From: Eledone cirrhosa
Taxonomy: Eukaryota
Assembly (NCBI GenBank): GCA_964016885.1
Contig: OZ024741.1
Location: 241,180,001-241,244,000 of the forward strand
DNA length: 64,000 nt
Direction of reading: 5' to 3'
Shown: piece after piece, positions 29,850 through 41,702 of the stretch
Numbering within the stretch: position 1 is the stretch's first letter
Layout: every line of letters begins with the position of its first letter
Notes under the pieces: generated by a model
What the model saw: the letters and a program-made list of their open reading frames with translations, nothing else
The model's database searches: none
Told to the model about the DNA's origin: nothing
Program-made: the position numbers and the translations under genes

Positions 29850-30420
29850 ATCAAAGCGATACTACACATCATGCCACAATAAACATGAGCACCATATGAG
29901 TAAAGCTGTTGCAATCATTGCAAATTCTAGACCTTACTGCCACTACAAATCTCTCATAGTAGATGGACATTCTTAACAGAGTTAAGACTAATAACTACTG
30001 ACCATTCACAAAGCTCAGATGAGACTCACATTGCAGTATTGGACTTGCATATAGAATTGTGCTGTTAGTTACTCACACAACACAAACAACCTATATAGCA
30101 ACTGAAGGAAGATCAGTGGACTGATTGGCATAAAGTCCACTAAGAGATACCTCCATACTCTAGCCCACACATGTGCTGTCTTGCTGTCTTCTCTCTTTGC
30201 CTTTTTTATCCCTACAACAAAGTCTCTAGCAATCAGGACTGGCTATTTTCATGCTACTTCCTCTAAAGCACTCCTGACTTATTCATCTCTTGTCCTATCA
30301 ACACCTATAATGTGCCCATCCACTCAGACCCTACACTAACCACTATGCAGAGTTCTTCCTACCTAGATGATGGCCCACTTGGAATTCCTTCTCTGCCCAT
30401 CTTTCCTTACAAGAGTCAAA
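29850..30420 (+). mobile_element. Old degenerate CR1/L2-group LINE fragment
   Basis: accattcacaaagctcagatgagactcacattgcagtattgg reads TIHKAQMRLTLQYW, similar to the YKA.IRP.LEY motif. Heavily mutated. Confidence 0.4.
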
Positions 30421-30679
30421 CTGCAACAGTTCAAGTGGTATTAATCTCCTTTGTCTTTGAGGGCCTGTGTGTGCTATGGACATTGTCCCTTCTAGATATT
30501 CGAATAAAAATACACACAGGCCACTCATAAAATCAATCTTACACTTTCAGTATTATATTTATAATGAAACACGCTGCCTCATTGTTTCAATAAAGTTTGA
30601 AAATAACCAAACATTTAACATTTGGAAGAATTTAATAAAATAATTCAGTTTTCTATTAGTAAGTTAATGTTTAGAGTGT

Positions 30680-31023
30680 AAGGGGTAAATATCACTTTCA
30701 GTCATGAATGACGATGGGGTCTGCACCTAGAAAGTGCTCTTCTGAGGCACAAGTCATGCAAGATTGTTTGCGGTAGACCAGCAGTTGCACATGCATATTA
30801 GCCTCCCTTTTCCACATCACTGATGTTGTCCAAGGCAAACACAAAGGCCGATACAGCTTAGCACCAGTGATGTTGTAACTCATTTCTACAGCTGATTAAA
30901 CTGGAGTAATATGAATCAAAGTGTCTTGCTCGAAAACACAACGCATCACCAGGTCCGATTATCAAACTCACAACCTCACAATTGCAAGTCCAATGCTCTA
31001 ACCTCTAAGCCATGTTCCTTCGT
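30680..31023 (-). mobile_element. SINE (family B-like head) inserted into a piggyBac-like MITE (30552-31152)
   Basis: tRNA-like end at 30960-31023, with tgtttag at both junctions. The flanks align with 17940-18180 and end in aaaggggTTAA. Confidence 0.55.
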
Positions 31024-31151
31024 GTTTAGTACTTAACAAAAATATCTAAAATATAATTATAATGAAAGGTTTTAATATAAAGATAAACATTTTCAAATGA
31101 GTTATATCATAAATCCATAGCAGTTTTAGATGGATTTGTATCAAAGGGGTT

Positions 31152-31229
31152 AAGGAAATTTGTGTGGAATCTATATTGACAAAAATTATACAAGGCAGTT
31201 TATGAGTTTGGATCAGTTTTCATATCATG

Positions 31230-31273
<44 letters not shown>

Positions 31274-31350
31274 CATGATATGAAAACTGATCCAAACTCA
31301 TAAACTGCCTTGTATAATTTTTGTCAATACAATTCCACACAAATTTCCTT
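31152..31350. repeat. About 200-bp near-perfect palindrome centred on (AT)n
   Basis: Arm 31152-31232 is the reverse complement of 31271-31350; the central (AT)n is self-complementary. Confidence 0.92.
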
Positions 31351-31472
31351 TGAGTTTGAGTTATTTTTCCTAAATCTTTCGTTAACTACTTTTCCCATCT
31401 TGACGTTATAGTCGCATATATGTTATAGAATACTGTTAGCTTCTTGCTAAAACAATCTCTATACCTCTCATT

Positions 31473-31504
<32 letters not shown>

Positions 31505-31952
31505 ATAATAATTGTTTCTACTTTTGGCACAAGGCCAGCAATTACCCCCAGTGCATTACTGGTGCTTTATTTTATCAACCCCGTAAAGATGCAAGGCAAA
31601 GTTAACCTCGGCGGGATTTGAACTCAGAACGTAAAGGGCCAAAACTCTATGCTAGAAAGCATGGTGTCTGATACTCTACCGATACTGCCATGTATCATCT
31701 ACCTCCTTTTCCACCATGAGAATCTTAGGTAACACCTACTACTCTCACTTAACATCACACTTCTCTCTTACTTTCCCTCTTTCACTCTCTCTCTCTCTCA
31801 CCTTGACATATCACTATTGCTATCTCATCATGTTGCTCATGCTGTTTTATACTCAACCTACCAACAACTAGCTACATCTCTCTACTCTACCATTACTCCA
31901 TTTTCCTCTTCACACTCATATTTGTGTATAAAAGTATATGGTTGTTATTTAC

Positions 31953-32124
31953 CTAACATAGCTGGTATTTCTTCATATTGGTCTTTGTCTGCCCTACTCC
32001 ACATATGTCCAGTGTCCCTATCACTGAGATAACTATGGCCCATCACCATCATCTCATCAACATCTGCTTCTCCTGCTGCACAACTAGTCGCTGTAATGGC
32101 TGGCTGGTACATCTTTGACTTGGG
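31953..32124 (-). CDS. PCDH: Protocadherin cytoplasmic exon 2 (PKSKMYQPAITATSCAAGEADVDEMMVMGHSYLSDRDTGHMWSRADKDQYEEIPAML)
   Basis: Acceptor tcaccctctcAG at 32125-32126 is open in phase 0, matching the exon 1 donor. 172 nt of unique, protein-like sequence among repeats, with SDRDTGH and YEEIP motifs resembling protocadherin tails. Donor TTAG|GTAAAT is phase 1. Confidence 0.75.
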
Positions 32125-32169
32125 CTGAGAGGGTGATAATATCAGATACATATAGTTTAGTGGGGATGG

Positions 32170-33240
32170 TATGGTGTGGTGTGGTCTTGTGTTGTTGTCT
32201 TGGTGGTACGGTGTAATGGAATTGTGGTATGGTATTGGTGATATAGTGGTATGGTGTGGTGCAGTGGTATATTGGTATTGTGTGGTGTGGAGAAGTGAAG
32301 TGTTGTGTAGTTTGGTATGGTGTGTAGTGTGATGTGGTATGGTGTAACTTAGTGTGGTGTGATGGAATTGTGGTATGGTGTTGGTGATATAGTGGTATGG
32401 TATGGTGCAGTGGTATATTGGTATTGTGTGGTGTGGTGAAGTGTTGTGTAGTTTGTTATGGTGTGTAGTGTGATGTGGTGTGGTGTAACTTAGTGTGGTG
32501 TGATTGAATTGTGGTATGGTGTTGGTGATATAGTGGTATGGTATGGTGCAGTGGTATATTGGTATTGTGTGGTGTGGTGAAGTGAAGTGTTGTGTAGTTT
32601 GGTGTGGTGTGTGGTGTGGTGTAACTTAGTGTGGTGTGATTGAATTGTGGTATGGTGTTGGTGATATAGTGGTATGGTATGGTGCAGTGGTATATTGGTA
32701 TTGTGTGGTGTGGTGAAGTGAAGTGTTGTGGAGTTTGGTTGTGGAGTGTGGCAATAGTCTGGTGGTGGTACGTCTTAAGCTTCTTCTTCATGTGTTATAT
32801 TTCTGTATGTATAACTCTAATCTACTATAGTATTATATAGTGTGATGTATATTGTATATTTGTGTAGTCTGTATGGTATTGTACTACTGGGGACATAGTA
32901 TGGTATTGTACTACTGGGGACATAGTATAGTATTGTACTACAGGGTATATAATGTGGCAATGGCAGTGTATTAAGTATAGTGACATTATAGTATAGATGT
33001 GTTGTTAATATAGTCACATTATAGTATAGATGTGTTGTTAATATGGTTCCTTTATAGTATAGATACGTAGTGAATATTGTAACATTATTGTATAGTTGTG
33101 TAGAGAATTTAGTCACATTATAGTATAGTTTTACAGTGAATATAGTTCCTTCATAGTATAGATATGTAGTGAATAGGGTAATATTATTGTGTAGTTGTGT
33201 AGTGAAAATAGTCACATTATAGTATAGTTATAAAATGTAG
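32170..33240. repeat. Degenerate tandem repeats (GTGGT-rich about 150-bp units, then about 33-bp tatagt units)
   Basis: Recurring ggtgatatagtggtatggtatggtgcagtggtatattggtattgtgtgg and tagtcacattatagtatag. Confidence 0.8.
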
Positions 33241-33774
33241 TAACTTTTACATAAGAAAAACAATAACATAAGATAGCAGTATAATATATATAGTAAAGAT
33301 AGCCACAATATAGTATGAATGTTTAATAAAGATAGTAACATCATGGTATAGTGTACAAAACACATTAACATCATAGTATAGCAGTGAAGAGAATGTGGTA
33401 ACAATATAGCATAGCAACATACATAGAATATCAAATATAGTAATGTGATAGGGTAGATGTTGTGAAGACATATATAGTTGATCGACCTCCATTGTTTCCA
33501 ACAGCAAGTGTTCCGAATGTCTGGACAATGGAATAGTCTGCATTTTAAATTTACAGGCAAGTGACTGAGCAGTTCACAGACACATGTGCCATTAACATAG
33601 TTCTCAGAGAGATTCAGTGTGACACACTGTGTGACAAGGCTGGCCTTTTTGAAACACAGGTACGCCTTATTTTTGCTAGTTGAGTGTTACACTCAAGGAC
33701 ACAACCTCCAGCTGAGAATCAATCTCATGATCATGAGACAAACACAGTAACTAGTAAGACAGATTTTTTCCAAC

Positions 33775-34040
33775 CCCTGCTTATTAGATTTTACTAATGT
33801 ATCCCTGGCAAAGTAGTAGCATTCCTGTGACAATTAATTTTCTTTATACAACAAAAAACATATGCGACAAAAAAAGTACATTACTAGAAATCGCATGTGC
33901 TATAAAATAAATAGGATGAGCTGGGGTCTCAATATGTAAACTAAACGACTAATTCTGTTTTTTTTTTAAATTAATGGAGACAACCTAGAAAAATTACTGA
34001 TTTCCTAATCCCTCCACCTATTATTAGGGACACAAGAGGA
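33775..34040. mobile_element. Partial second copy of the same MITE
   Basis: Shares gacaaaaaaagtacattactagaaatc, ggggtctcaatatgtaaactaaa and cctattatt..gggac with 11700-11987. Confidence 0.7.
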
Positions 34041-34837
34041 TATATATATATATATATATGATTTATATATATATGTGTGTATAATAATAATTGTTTCTAC
34101 TTTAGGCACAAGCCAGCAAATTACCCAGTGCATTACTGGTACTTTATTTTATCGACCCCGTAAGGATGAAAGGCAAAGTAATAATTATAAATATGATAGA
34201 TATATATTTACATATCTACACTCTACCCACTAGTATTGAGTGCTCATTCAGTTAATGTTTGAATGGGTTAAATAATACTGTATTTCAAACACGTATTCTA
34301 ATATATATATATATATTTAACCCTGGCAGCATGGTGGTAGGCAGACATAAAATGATGTTGATGATCATACATAATTATATATATATATATACACACGCGT
34401 GCACACACATATATATATGAATACATACATACACACATTTATTTATATATATATATATATATACACACATAGATATAGATAATTCATGCAGTATTGAGTA
34501 AATTGACCAAATGTTTTATATGTGTGAGAATGTGTTGCTGGCAGGGAAAATGGACATCAAATAATGATGATATGTATGCATGCATGTATGTAATGCATGC
34601 ATGCATGCATGTATCTATCCATCTATCTATCTATCTATATATCTATCTATATCAATATATAAATATATATATATATAGGATAACAAGTTATCATTATAGG
34701 TAATCCAGTTAGAGGTTGTGAGTACTCTGCATCGTGGATAGTTTTAACGTACGGCTTTGTTTGACTCAACAAGATGCTTCCATAGTTATGCAGTGAGTTT
34801 GCGGTAATTTCTATGCAGGTTATACTTGGAGTAATAA

Positions 34838-35592
34838 TAGTTAAAGAATGAAGAGTAACATGGTTGGCTGTACAATAGGGCTTTATTTAAAGTACTGACA
34901 ATTATCAAACGGCCAACTGGTCACTGGATCATAAATCTCTGAGCATTTCTTTCACCCTCTCTCCCTGAAACAGCATCAACCCCATTAAGATAGAACAATC
35001 AGCAAAACATTTACAACAAGCGTTTATCAAATGTCCCATCACCCCTAGCCCATAAATTTCATACATGTATCTACCAATTAATCACTAATTTATTGTCTTT
35101 TCTTTTATCGGACCCTCTACACGTATCTATGTACATCTCGAATCTGGTTTCACATGTTAGCACTAAACCCACCAACGAATCCTTATAAGAACACTTACTC
35201 AAAAACTACTAATATCTACTTACACGGTCTCACTTATTTATTTCTTTATATTTTCCATTTTCTCATTTCCTTATTTTTTAATGTACCCTATCTTATATTT
35301 TACTTTTTACATCTGTAACTTCTCTACCTATTTACCATACATGTTTTATTATTGATGTTATTGTTTTGATTATATGCTATTTTTCTATATAAGTCCTGCC
35401 TCAAGTGTATTACTTTCATATCTACATACTCTGATGTGTTGACCAGAGGTAAATAATGTATTGGGGATCGATTGATGCAACCTCAAGCGATTAGTGAACT
35501 CTAGACTCACCTGATCAACAAAACAATTGTCAGTACTTTAAATAAAGCCCCTTATTGTACAGCCAACCATGTTACTCTTCATTCTTTAACTA
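34838..35592 (+). mobile_element. Penelope-like element 3' fragment with inverted partial pLTR and decayed hammerhead
   Basis: About 66-bp inverted repeat (34838-34903 vs 35525-35592). Hammerhead at 35427-35535: tact-CTGATG(T)-gttgaccag..ctgatcaac-(A)AAA-caattg-TC-agta, with two core substitutions. Confidence 0.6.
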
Positions 35593-35595
35593 TAT

Positions 35596-35946
35596 ATATA
35601 TTTGAAAAAAAGGAAAAGAATGACTTCACTTGTAGTGTTAAAAAATTTTTATGATTTAATGTTATAATATAATTGTTTCTACTTTTTGGCACAAGGCCAG
35701 CAATTACCCCAGTGCATTATTGGTGCTTTATTTTGTCGACCTTGTAAGGATGAAAGGCAAAGTTAACCTTGGCGGGATTTGAACTCAGAACGTAAAGGGG
35801 CGTAACTCTATGCTGCAAAGCATAGCGTCCGACCCTCTACCGATACTGCCAATCCACCAATATAATATTATAATATTATCTACCAACTCATAATATTATA
35901 ATATTCACTACAAGTGAAGTCATTCTTTTCCTTTTTTTCAAATATA
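35596..35946. repeat. 41-bp perfect inverted repeat enclosing a SINE
   Basis: tatatttgaaaaaaaggaaaagaatgacttcacttgtagtg (35596-35636) versus its reverse complement at 35906-35946. Confidence 0.85.
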
Positions 35947-35975
35947 CCTAACTGTACTAAGGATCGCACACATTT

Positions 35976-36024
<49 letters not shown>

Positions 36025-38065
36025 GATGTGTGTGTATGTGTAATACATGTGTATATACATCATGAGGTTAACTTTGCCTTTCATCCTTACGGGGTTGATA
36101 AAATAAAGTACCAGTAATGTACTGGGTTTTGCTGGCCTTGTGCCAAAAGTAGAAACAATTATTATTGTTATCAAAATTTTGAAGTCTAATATCCTGGAAT
36201 GGTTAATGGTTATTTTTTTATTTTTATCTTGTGCTATTTCGTCTGTGATGCCCTACTATCCTGTGATCTGACTGCACCATGTCTTCTGACATAAATACAT
36301 CATATTTACCAACAGTAGATGCTAGCTATATGCTCCACATTCATTTTACATCATGATGCTTGAGTGATCTAGTCTCACTTGTACATTGCATGGTTCCTTA
36401 ACTCCAGATTTAGAAATAGGGTCACTGTTGTGATATATGGTGTGTCATGCATTTAAACCTGGCAGAGTCCATCCCTCTCACAGCCAATTTCTTCCGAAGA
36501 AAAAGAGACAGTAAGAGAGGAGAAATGAGAAAAAAAGATAGCTAGGTAGAAGTGATTCCAGTACTGGTCTGATACTGTGTTTATTGACTTTGAAAAGATG
36601 AGAGGTGAAGACGACTTTAGTGGGATTTGAACTCAGAGCACAGAGAACCAGAACAAATTGTGTAAAGCCTTACATCTCACATCCTAAAGACTCTGCCAGT
36701 TCACTGCCTACTACTTGTACATAACACACACACTTTTAATCTTGAGTCTCCCCCCTCTCTCTCTCTCTCTCACACTCTCTCTCTTTCTCTCTCTATCTCT
36801 TCCTCTCTCTCACTCTCTCCCAGCACACTTCTGTACTCCATCCACCTCACATTCATCTCAAAATTTAACATCGTCATCATCATCATGGACATCATCCTCC
36901 TTGTCATTGTTATAATCATTTTCATCATCATCATCATCATCATCGTCATCATCATCATCATCGTCATCAACATCATCATCCTCATCATATATATATCATC
37001 TCCCAGCAACATAATAACATTATCTGGCTTACTTCCATCCTTTTTGGAGGGGTCATTCTCTATTGAACCCCAAATCTCTGTCAATGTCCTTTCCCATCTA
37101 CAACTTGTTCTCCCTCTCTTCCCTGGTGTCTGTATCTTAAAGATTCCATTCTAGCTTCTGTTTATTTTTAATGTATTGTAATGGCCTATCTATTATTATT
37201 ATTTATATTTGTTCTGTGCTGTATTTCATGTTAGTTGGTCTATCTATAGATGGCTCTAGTAATGTGTTGGATTTTGTATGAGCTCCTTGCTGAAGCCTTC
37301 TTCATTTCTGGAGGTAAGACCACTGTGGGTGGTCTCCCTTGACACTTGTGTGATGTAGCCGATTCAGAGAAAGACATGAGAGATGTATTTAATTATGTCT
37401 CATATAAAATAATACAACTGGCTATCCGCAAAATACGTATAGTTAGCACCCCAAGCGTATAATTGGGATTATACTAAGGTATATCCTAATGTTTGTTGAG
37501 TGAGACGGAAGTCAGTCGGAGTATTGCTTAAAGTTTTCTCTGTTAATGTATTAAAAATTATATATATATAGTAAAATATCAGTGGATATTACAAATAATA
37601 ATTATTTGAACCCAAATATTTAGAGGATGTCTATAACTCAAAGACCAACTCCTTGCTAAGTGGAATCACTCGACGAATTCAATTGATTTTCAACCACCTT
37701 AATATTGATATATATTCTTTCTTGATAACTTTTCTTTTTCCACACTTACATAATGCAATACACTTTCAATACTACTGAACTCCAAAGCTTAATAAATATA
37801 AACATCTTGCCCACATACTAACACAGGTACACTTAGGTTGCCATTTCAAATTAACATCTTTGAGTTATTTCCCTTCCTTTTACCATGGTGTGTTCAAACT
37901 CGTAACAAGTGCCCAATGATTAGGCCACAAATTTGATAGCTCTTACAATTTGGGGAGATGGTCAAAATTGGGCTGTGAAATCTTAAGTAGCGCTTTTGTT
38001 CTGTGTATTAACATAAATAAATGTATCTGATGCTTTAACCATTCATCTGGTCTTCAACATCAATA

Positions 38066-38532
38066 CAGTACAATGAACTATACTACACTATAGTACCTAC
38101 TTACAGCTAGGTGGTCAGGACCATTGAAAGTGAAGTGCCCAAGTCACAGACACAGTACAGTGAACTATACTACACTATAGTACCTACTTACAGCTAGGTG
38201 GTCAGGACCATTGAAAGTGAAGTGCCCAAGTCACAGACACAGTACAGTGAACTATACTACACTATAGTACCTACTTACAGCTAGGTGGTCAGGACCATTG
38301 AAAGTGAAGTGCCCAAGTCACAGACACAGTACAGTGAACTATACTACACTATAGTACCTACTTACAGCTAGAGTTAAAAGTCTTTATTCAGAACATAATA
38401 CATTGAATTACACCACACTATAGAACCTGCTAACAGCTTGGTTGTCTGGGTCATTGAAAGTGAAGTGTCTTCATCATGGACACAGTACAATGAACTATAC
38501 CACACTATAGAATCTACTTACAGCTAGGTGGG
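38066..38532. repeat. 87-bp minisatellite (3.5 near-identical plus about 2 diverged units)
   Basis: Units start at 38066, 38153, 38240 and 38327. Confidence 0.9.
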
Positions 38533-40334
38533 TTGTACTGTTATTTGTGGAGTTCTGGATGAATTGTAAAGGACAATATTTTTTTTAATGTCTTTCTTGA
38601 GCCCAGAGACTTATCAGGGCAGAGATTATTCCTATGTCATAGGGCATTAACCCATAGTTACCAACCCAGCCAAAAACTGGCATTTGTTCTATGAAATAAA
38701 ACCACCCATTTTAAAGGTTTCCAATTTTATATAAGAACTTTACCTTAAGTTACTATCTTACTAATGAAATAATGAGTAGTTTTAGTAATTCCTTCGAAAT
38801 TCTTCATTTATTAATTAAAATAGAGTGTATTTCATTAGAAATGTGGTCATAAAAGAGTTAAACTACTGAGAGTAAAAACATGATACCAGTTGAAGTCAGA
38901 CTTAACCCTTTGCTGCCGGTACTCATTGCTTTCAATCTGGTGAACTGGAGGGATATGAATTGAAGTGCCTTGTTCAAGGACACAATATACTGCCTAATCC
39001 AGGGATCAAACTCATGACCTTATGTTCATAAGACTAATATTTTAATCATAATTTTTTGAACATAAGACTACTACCTTAATCATGACCCTAAGACTAATAC
39101 TTTAATGTCTTTGGGCAATAACACAGTAAATTAGTTGAACTGAAATCTGTAAGATATTGGACAAACTGAAACTTTATTAGTCAAAACAACACAAAGACAA
39201 TGTTTGATTGATACACATCTTTCTCTTATAACATCACAAAGTTATCAGACATACTGTGTTTGATAAACACAGTAAATCTGATTGATACACTTAAATCTAT
39301 TACATTTCAGAATTTCTTTGTTTAACAAACATGCTGTTTGATTGTAATACATATGTTTTAAACAGTTGAGAAGTTCCTTGTTTAATAAATGTATTGTCTG
39401 ATTGTTTACATAACTGTCTTGTATATTTGAGTAGTTCTATGTTTGATGAACATAATGTCTGATTATTGCAAATCTTCTTTATACATTTGAGTAGTACTGT
39501 GTATGACAGTGTCTGATTGTTACACACTTGTGTTAAACAGTTGGGAATTCTGTGTTTGATGAGCACAATGTCTGAATCTTACAAATCAGTAGTTCTGTGT
39601 TTGATAAACATAATATTTAATTGTTATACAGCTGTTTTATGACAAGTTCTGTTTGATAAACACTATTTTTTTAATGGAATGTTCTTGTATAAAAAGAAAA
39701 AGAATAGGAGGGAAATATGACAAGACTATATGAAAATCAGTTTAGCTTATGACTAGTGATTAAACACTGATCATAAATGTTTTAAATTATGTCATATCAT
39801 TATTTCATGTAGGTCAGTAAGATGAAGAAATACATGAAAGTCGGTGATTATGATATGCCATAATTACTCCATGCCATAATTAATCTATATTGTAGGTCTG
39901 TAAGATGATCAGATATATGATGGGATGCAATTATGATGTCATGATTAGTGCACCTGAGCACTGTAGACAATAATTTCATTATCATTATATATATATATAC
40001 TCCATGTCATAATTATTTAATGTTGTAGGTCAGTAAGATGAACTGTTATAGGATGGGATGTAGTTATGATGTGTCATAATTACTCCATGGCATATCTATT
40101 TCATATTGTAGGTCTGTATATGGTGGAAGATAAGGGGATCAATCACAGTATACAGATGTATATTGTATTTGTTTATTTTTTAAATATTTATTTTTATAAT
40201 TTAGTATAAGGAGAGTATAGCCCATAGCTTTCCTTTGTAGGGCCTCTTAGACACAGTTGGGTAATTTGAATACAGTCAATGTTCAGATTGATATTTTTGT
40301 GTGTCAGGGGTTGATAACAGAAAACAAAACCAAA

Positions 40335-40630
40335 CAAAACACAGACAGAGTGGGATTTCCAAAGGGATAGAGGTTATGAGGAGCATGGATTGGTCAGTTC
40401 TTGACATTCAGAGGTCATGGATGAAATGTGTAGAAATAAAAAAAAGAAAAAAATACTAAGAAAGCATCATTCTTAGTAATTCAGTCTGTTAACAACACAG
40501 ACAGGGTGGGATTTCCAGGGGGAAGGAAGCTGTGGGGAGGATGGATTGGGTAGTTCTTGATATTCAGAGTTCATGAATGTAATGTGTAGAAAGAAAGAAA
40601 CATCGATTCTTAGTGATTCAGTCTGTTAGT
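40335..40630. repeat. Diverged tandem duplication of about 150 bp
   Basis: aacacagacag.gtgggatttcca...atggattgg..agttcttga.attcagag.tcatg...ttcttagt.attcagtctgtta occurs twice. Confidence 0.75.
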
Positions 40631-40770
40631 GTTAAGGGTGGCAACCCATGGTGGCACAGTTGCTGCACTCTGAGTATAATCAGCTGCCGCTGTCTGTCTG
40701 TGTGTCTGCTGGAGTCGGAGATCTGTAGCCCAGGGACAGGGAATCTCTCTCTCATACAACCAATCTACCT
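40610..40770 (-). CDS. Candidate alternative or orphan terminal exon within the protocadherin intron
   Basis: GC-richer unique island after acceptor tttttttgtttttgttgtAG|aggtAG. It is open for 53 codons in phase 1 (EVDWLYEREIPCPW...NRLNH*) or 48 codons in phase 0 from the second AG. AATAAA on the minus strand at 40172-40177. Confidence 0.35.
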
Positions 40771-41249
40771 CTACAACAAAAACAAAAAAAGTCTCTCAAA
40801 GTAAATAGAAACTAATATATTTATTTAATTATTTATTTTCTGCTGGATGTCAAAAAAGTTAACAGAATAATTAGTAACATAATAATGTTAACGAGGATTT
40901 CACCAAGAGAAGACAAGATCTATACAACTGGGGTGTAGGGATGTAGTGGGTTACATCAGACTGGGGCAAAGGAATTTACAGGGATCTCAGAAAATGTTTC
41001 CATATTTTGAAGACTAGTATTTACAGTAGTGAGTCTCTGTAAGAAGTTTGTATCCTTGATAAAATTCTTCTCAGAGGGCAGTTGTTAAACTTACACACAC
41101 TCACATGTATCAGCTGAAACGTGTTAGTTTAAAAGCATATTGATTCTTTGGTGTTTCTTAATCTTTTTATATCAGCTCTGCATGAACCCCACTGCATCGA
41201 GCTTTAAACCCTCTGGCAAAGTTTATACCCAATAATAGCAACACTATTA

Positions 41250-41292
<43 letters not shown>

Positions 41293-41641
41293 TATACATA
41301 TGTGTCGACAAGCACAGCACTAAGAGAAATTTTTTAAACTCATCTATATCTATCTATATGTATATATACCAGGATAGAACCAGTTTAAAACTAGTTAGAC
41401 CATTATTCATCAGAATACTCAATACTTGGGGTAGTGGAGTATGGCTATATTATAAAGAATCAGGCCCCAAAGGCTGAGCTCTGGCCATTTCAACAGCTAG
41501 TTCTAGACTGAACTAGCTGTTGAAAGGGCAAGACTCTTTATAATATATATATATAAGCAAAGGGATATTTACTATCCAGGAAAAACTTGAACCGTTAAGA
41601 TCTCGTTCCTGGATATGTCAATATTTATAAAACAAACTTTG

Positions 41642-41702
41642 TATTTTATCTGATGAGAGTGTACCAAAGTTTTGTTACCCTTGAAATATATATAATATAA
41701 TA
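41642..41702 (+). ncRNA. Type I minimal hammerhead ribozyme motif with intact catalytic core
   Basis: Stem I tattttat/atataata, CTGATGA at 41650-41656, an 11-bp stem II with 2 mismatches (41657-41682), GAAA at 41683-41686, palindromic short stem III ATATATAT, and cleavage triplet ATA at 41692-41694. It sits in a PLE-like 3' end. Confidence 0.6.
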
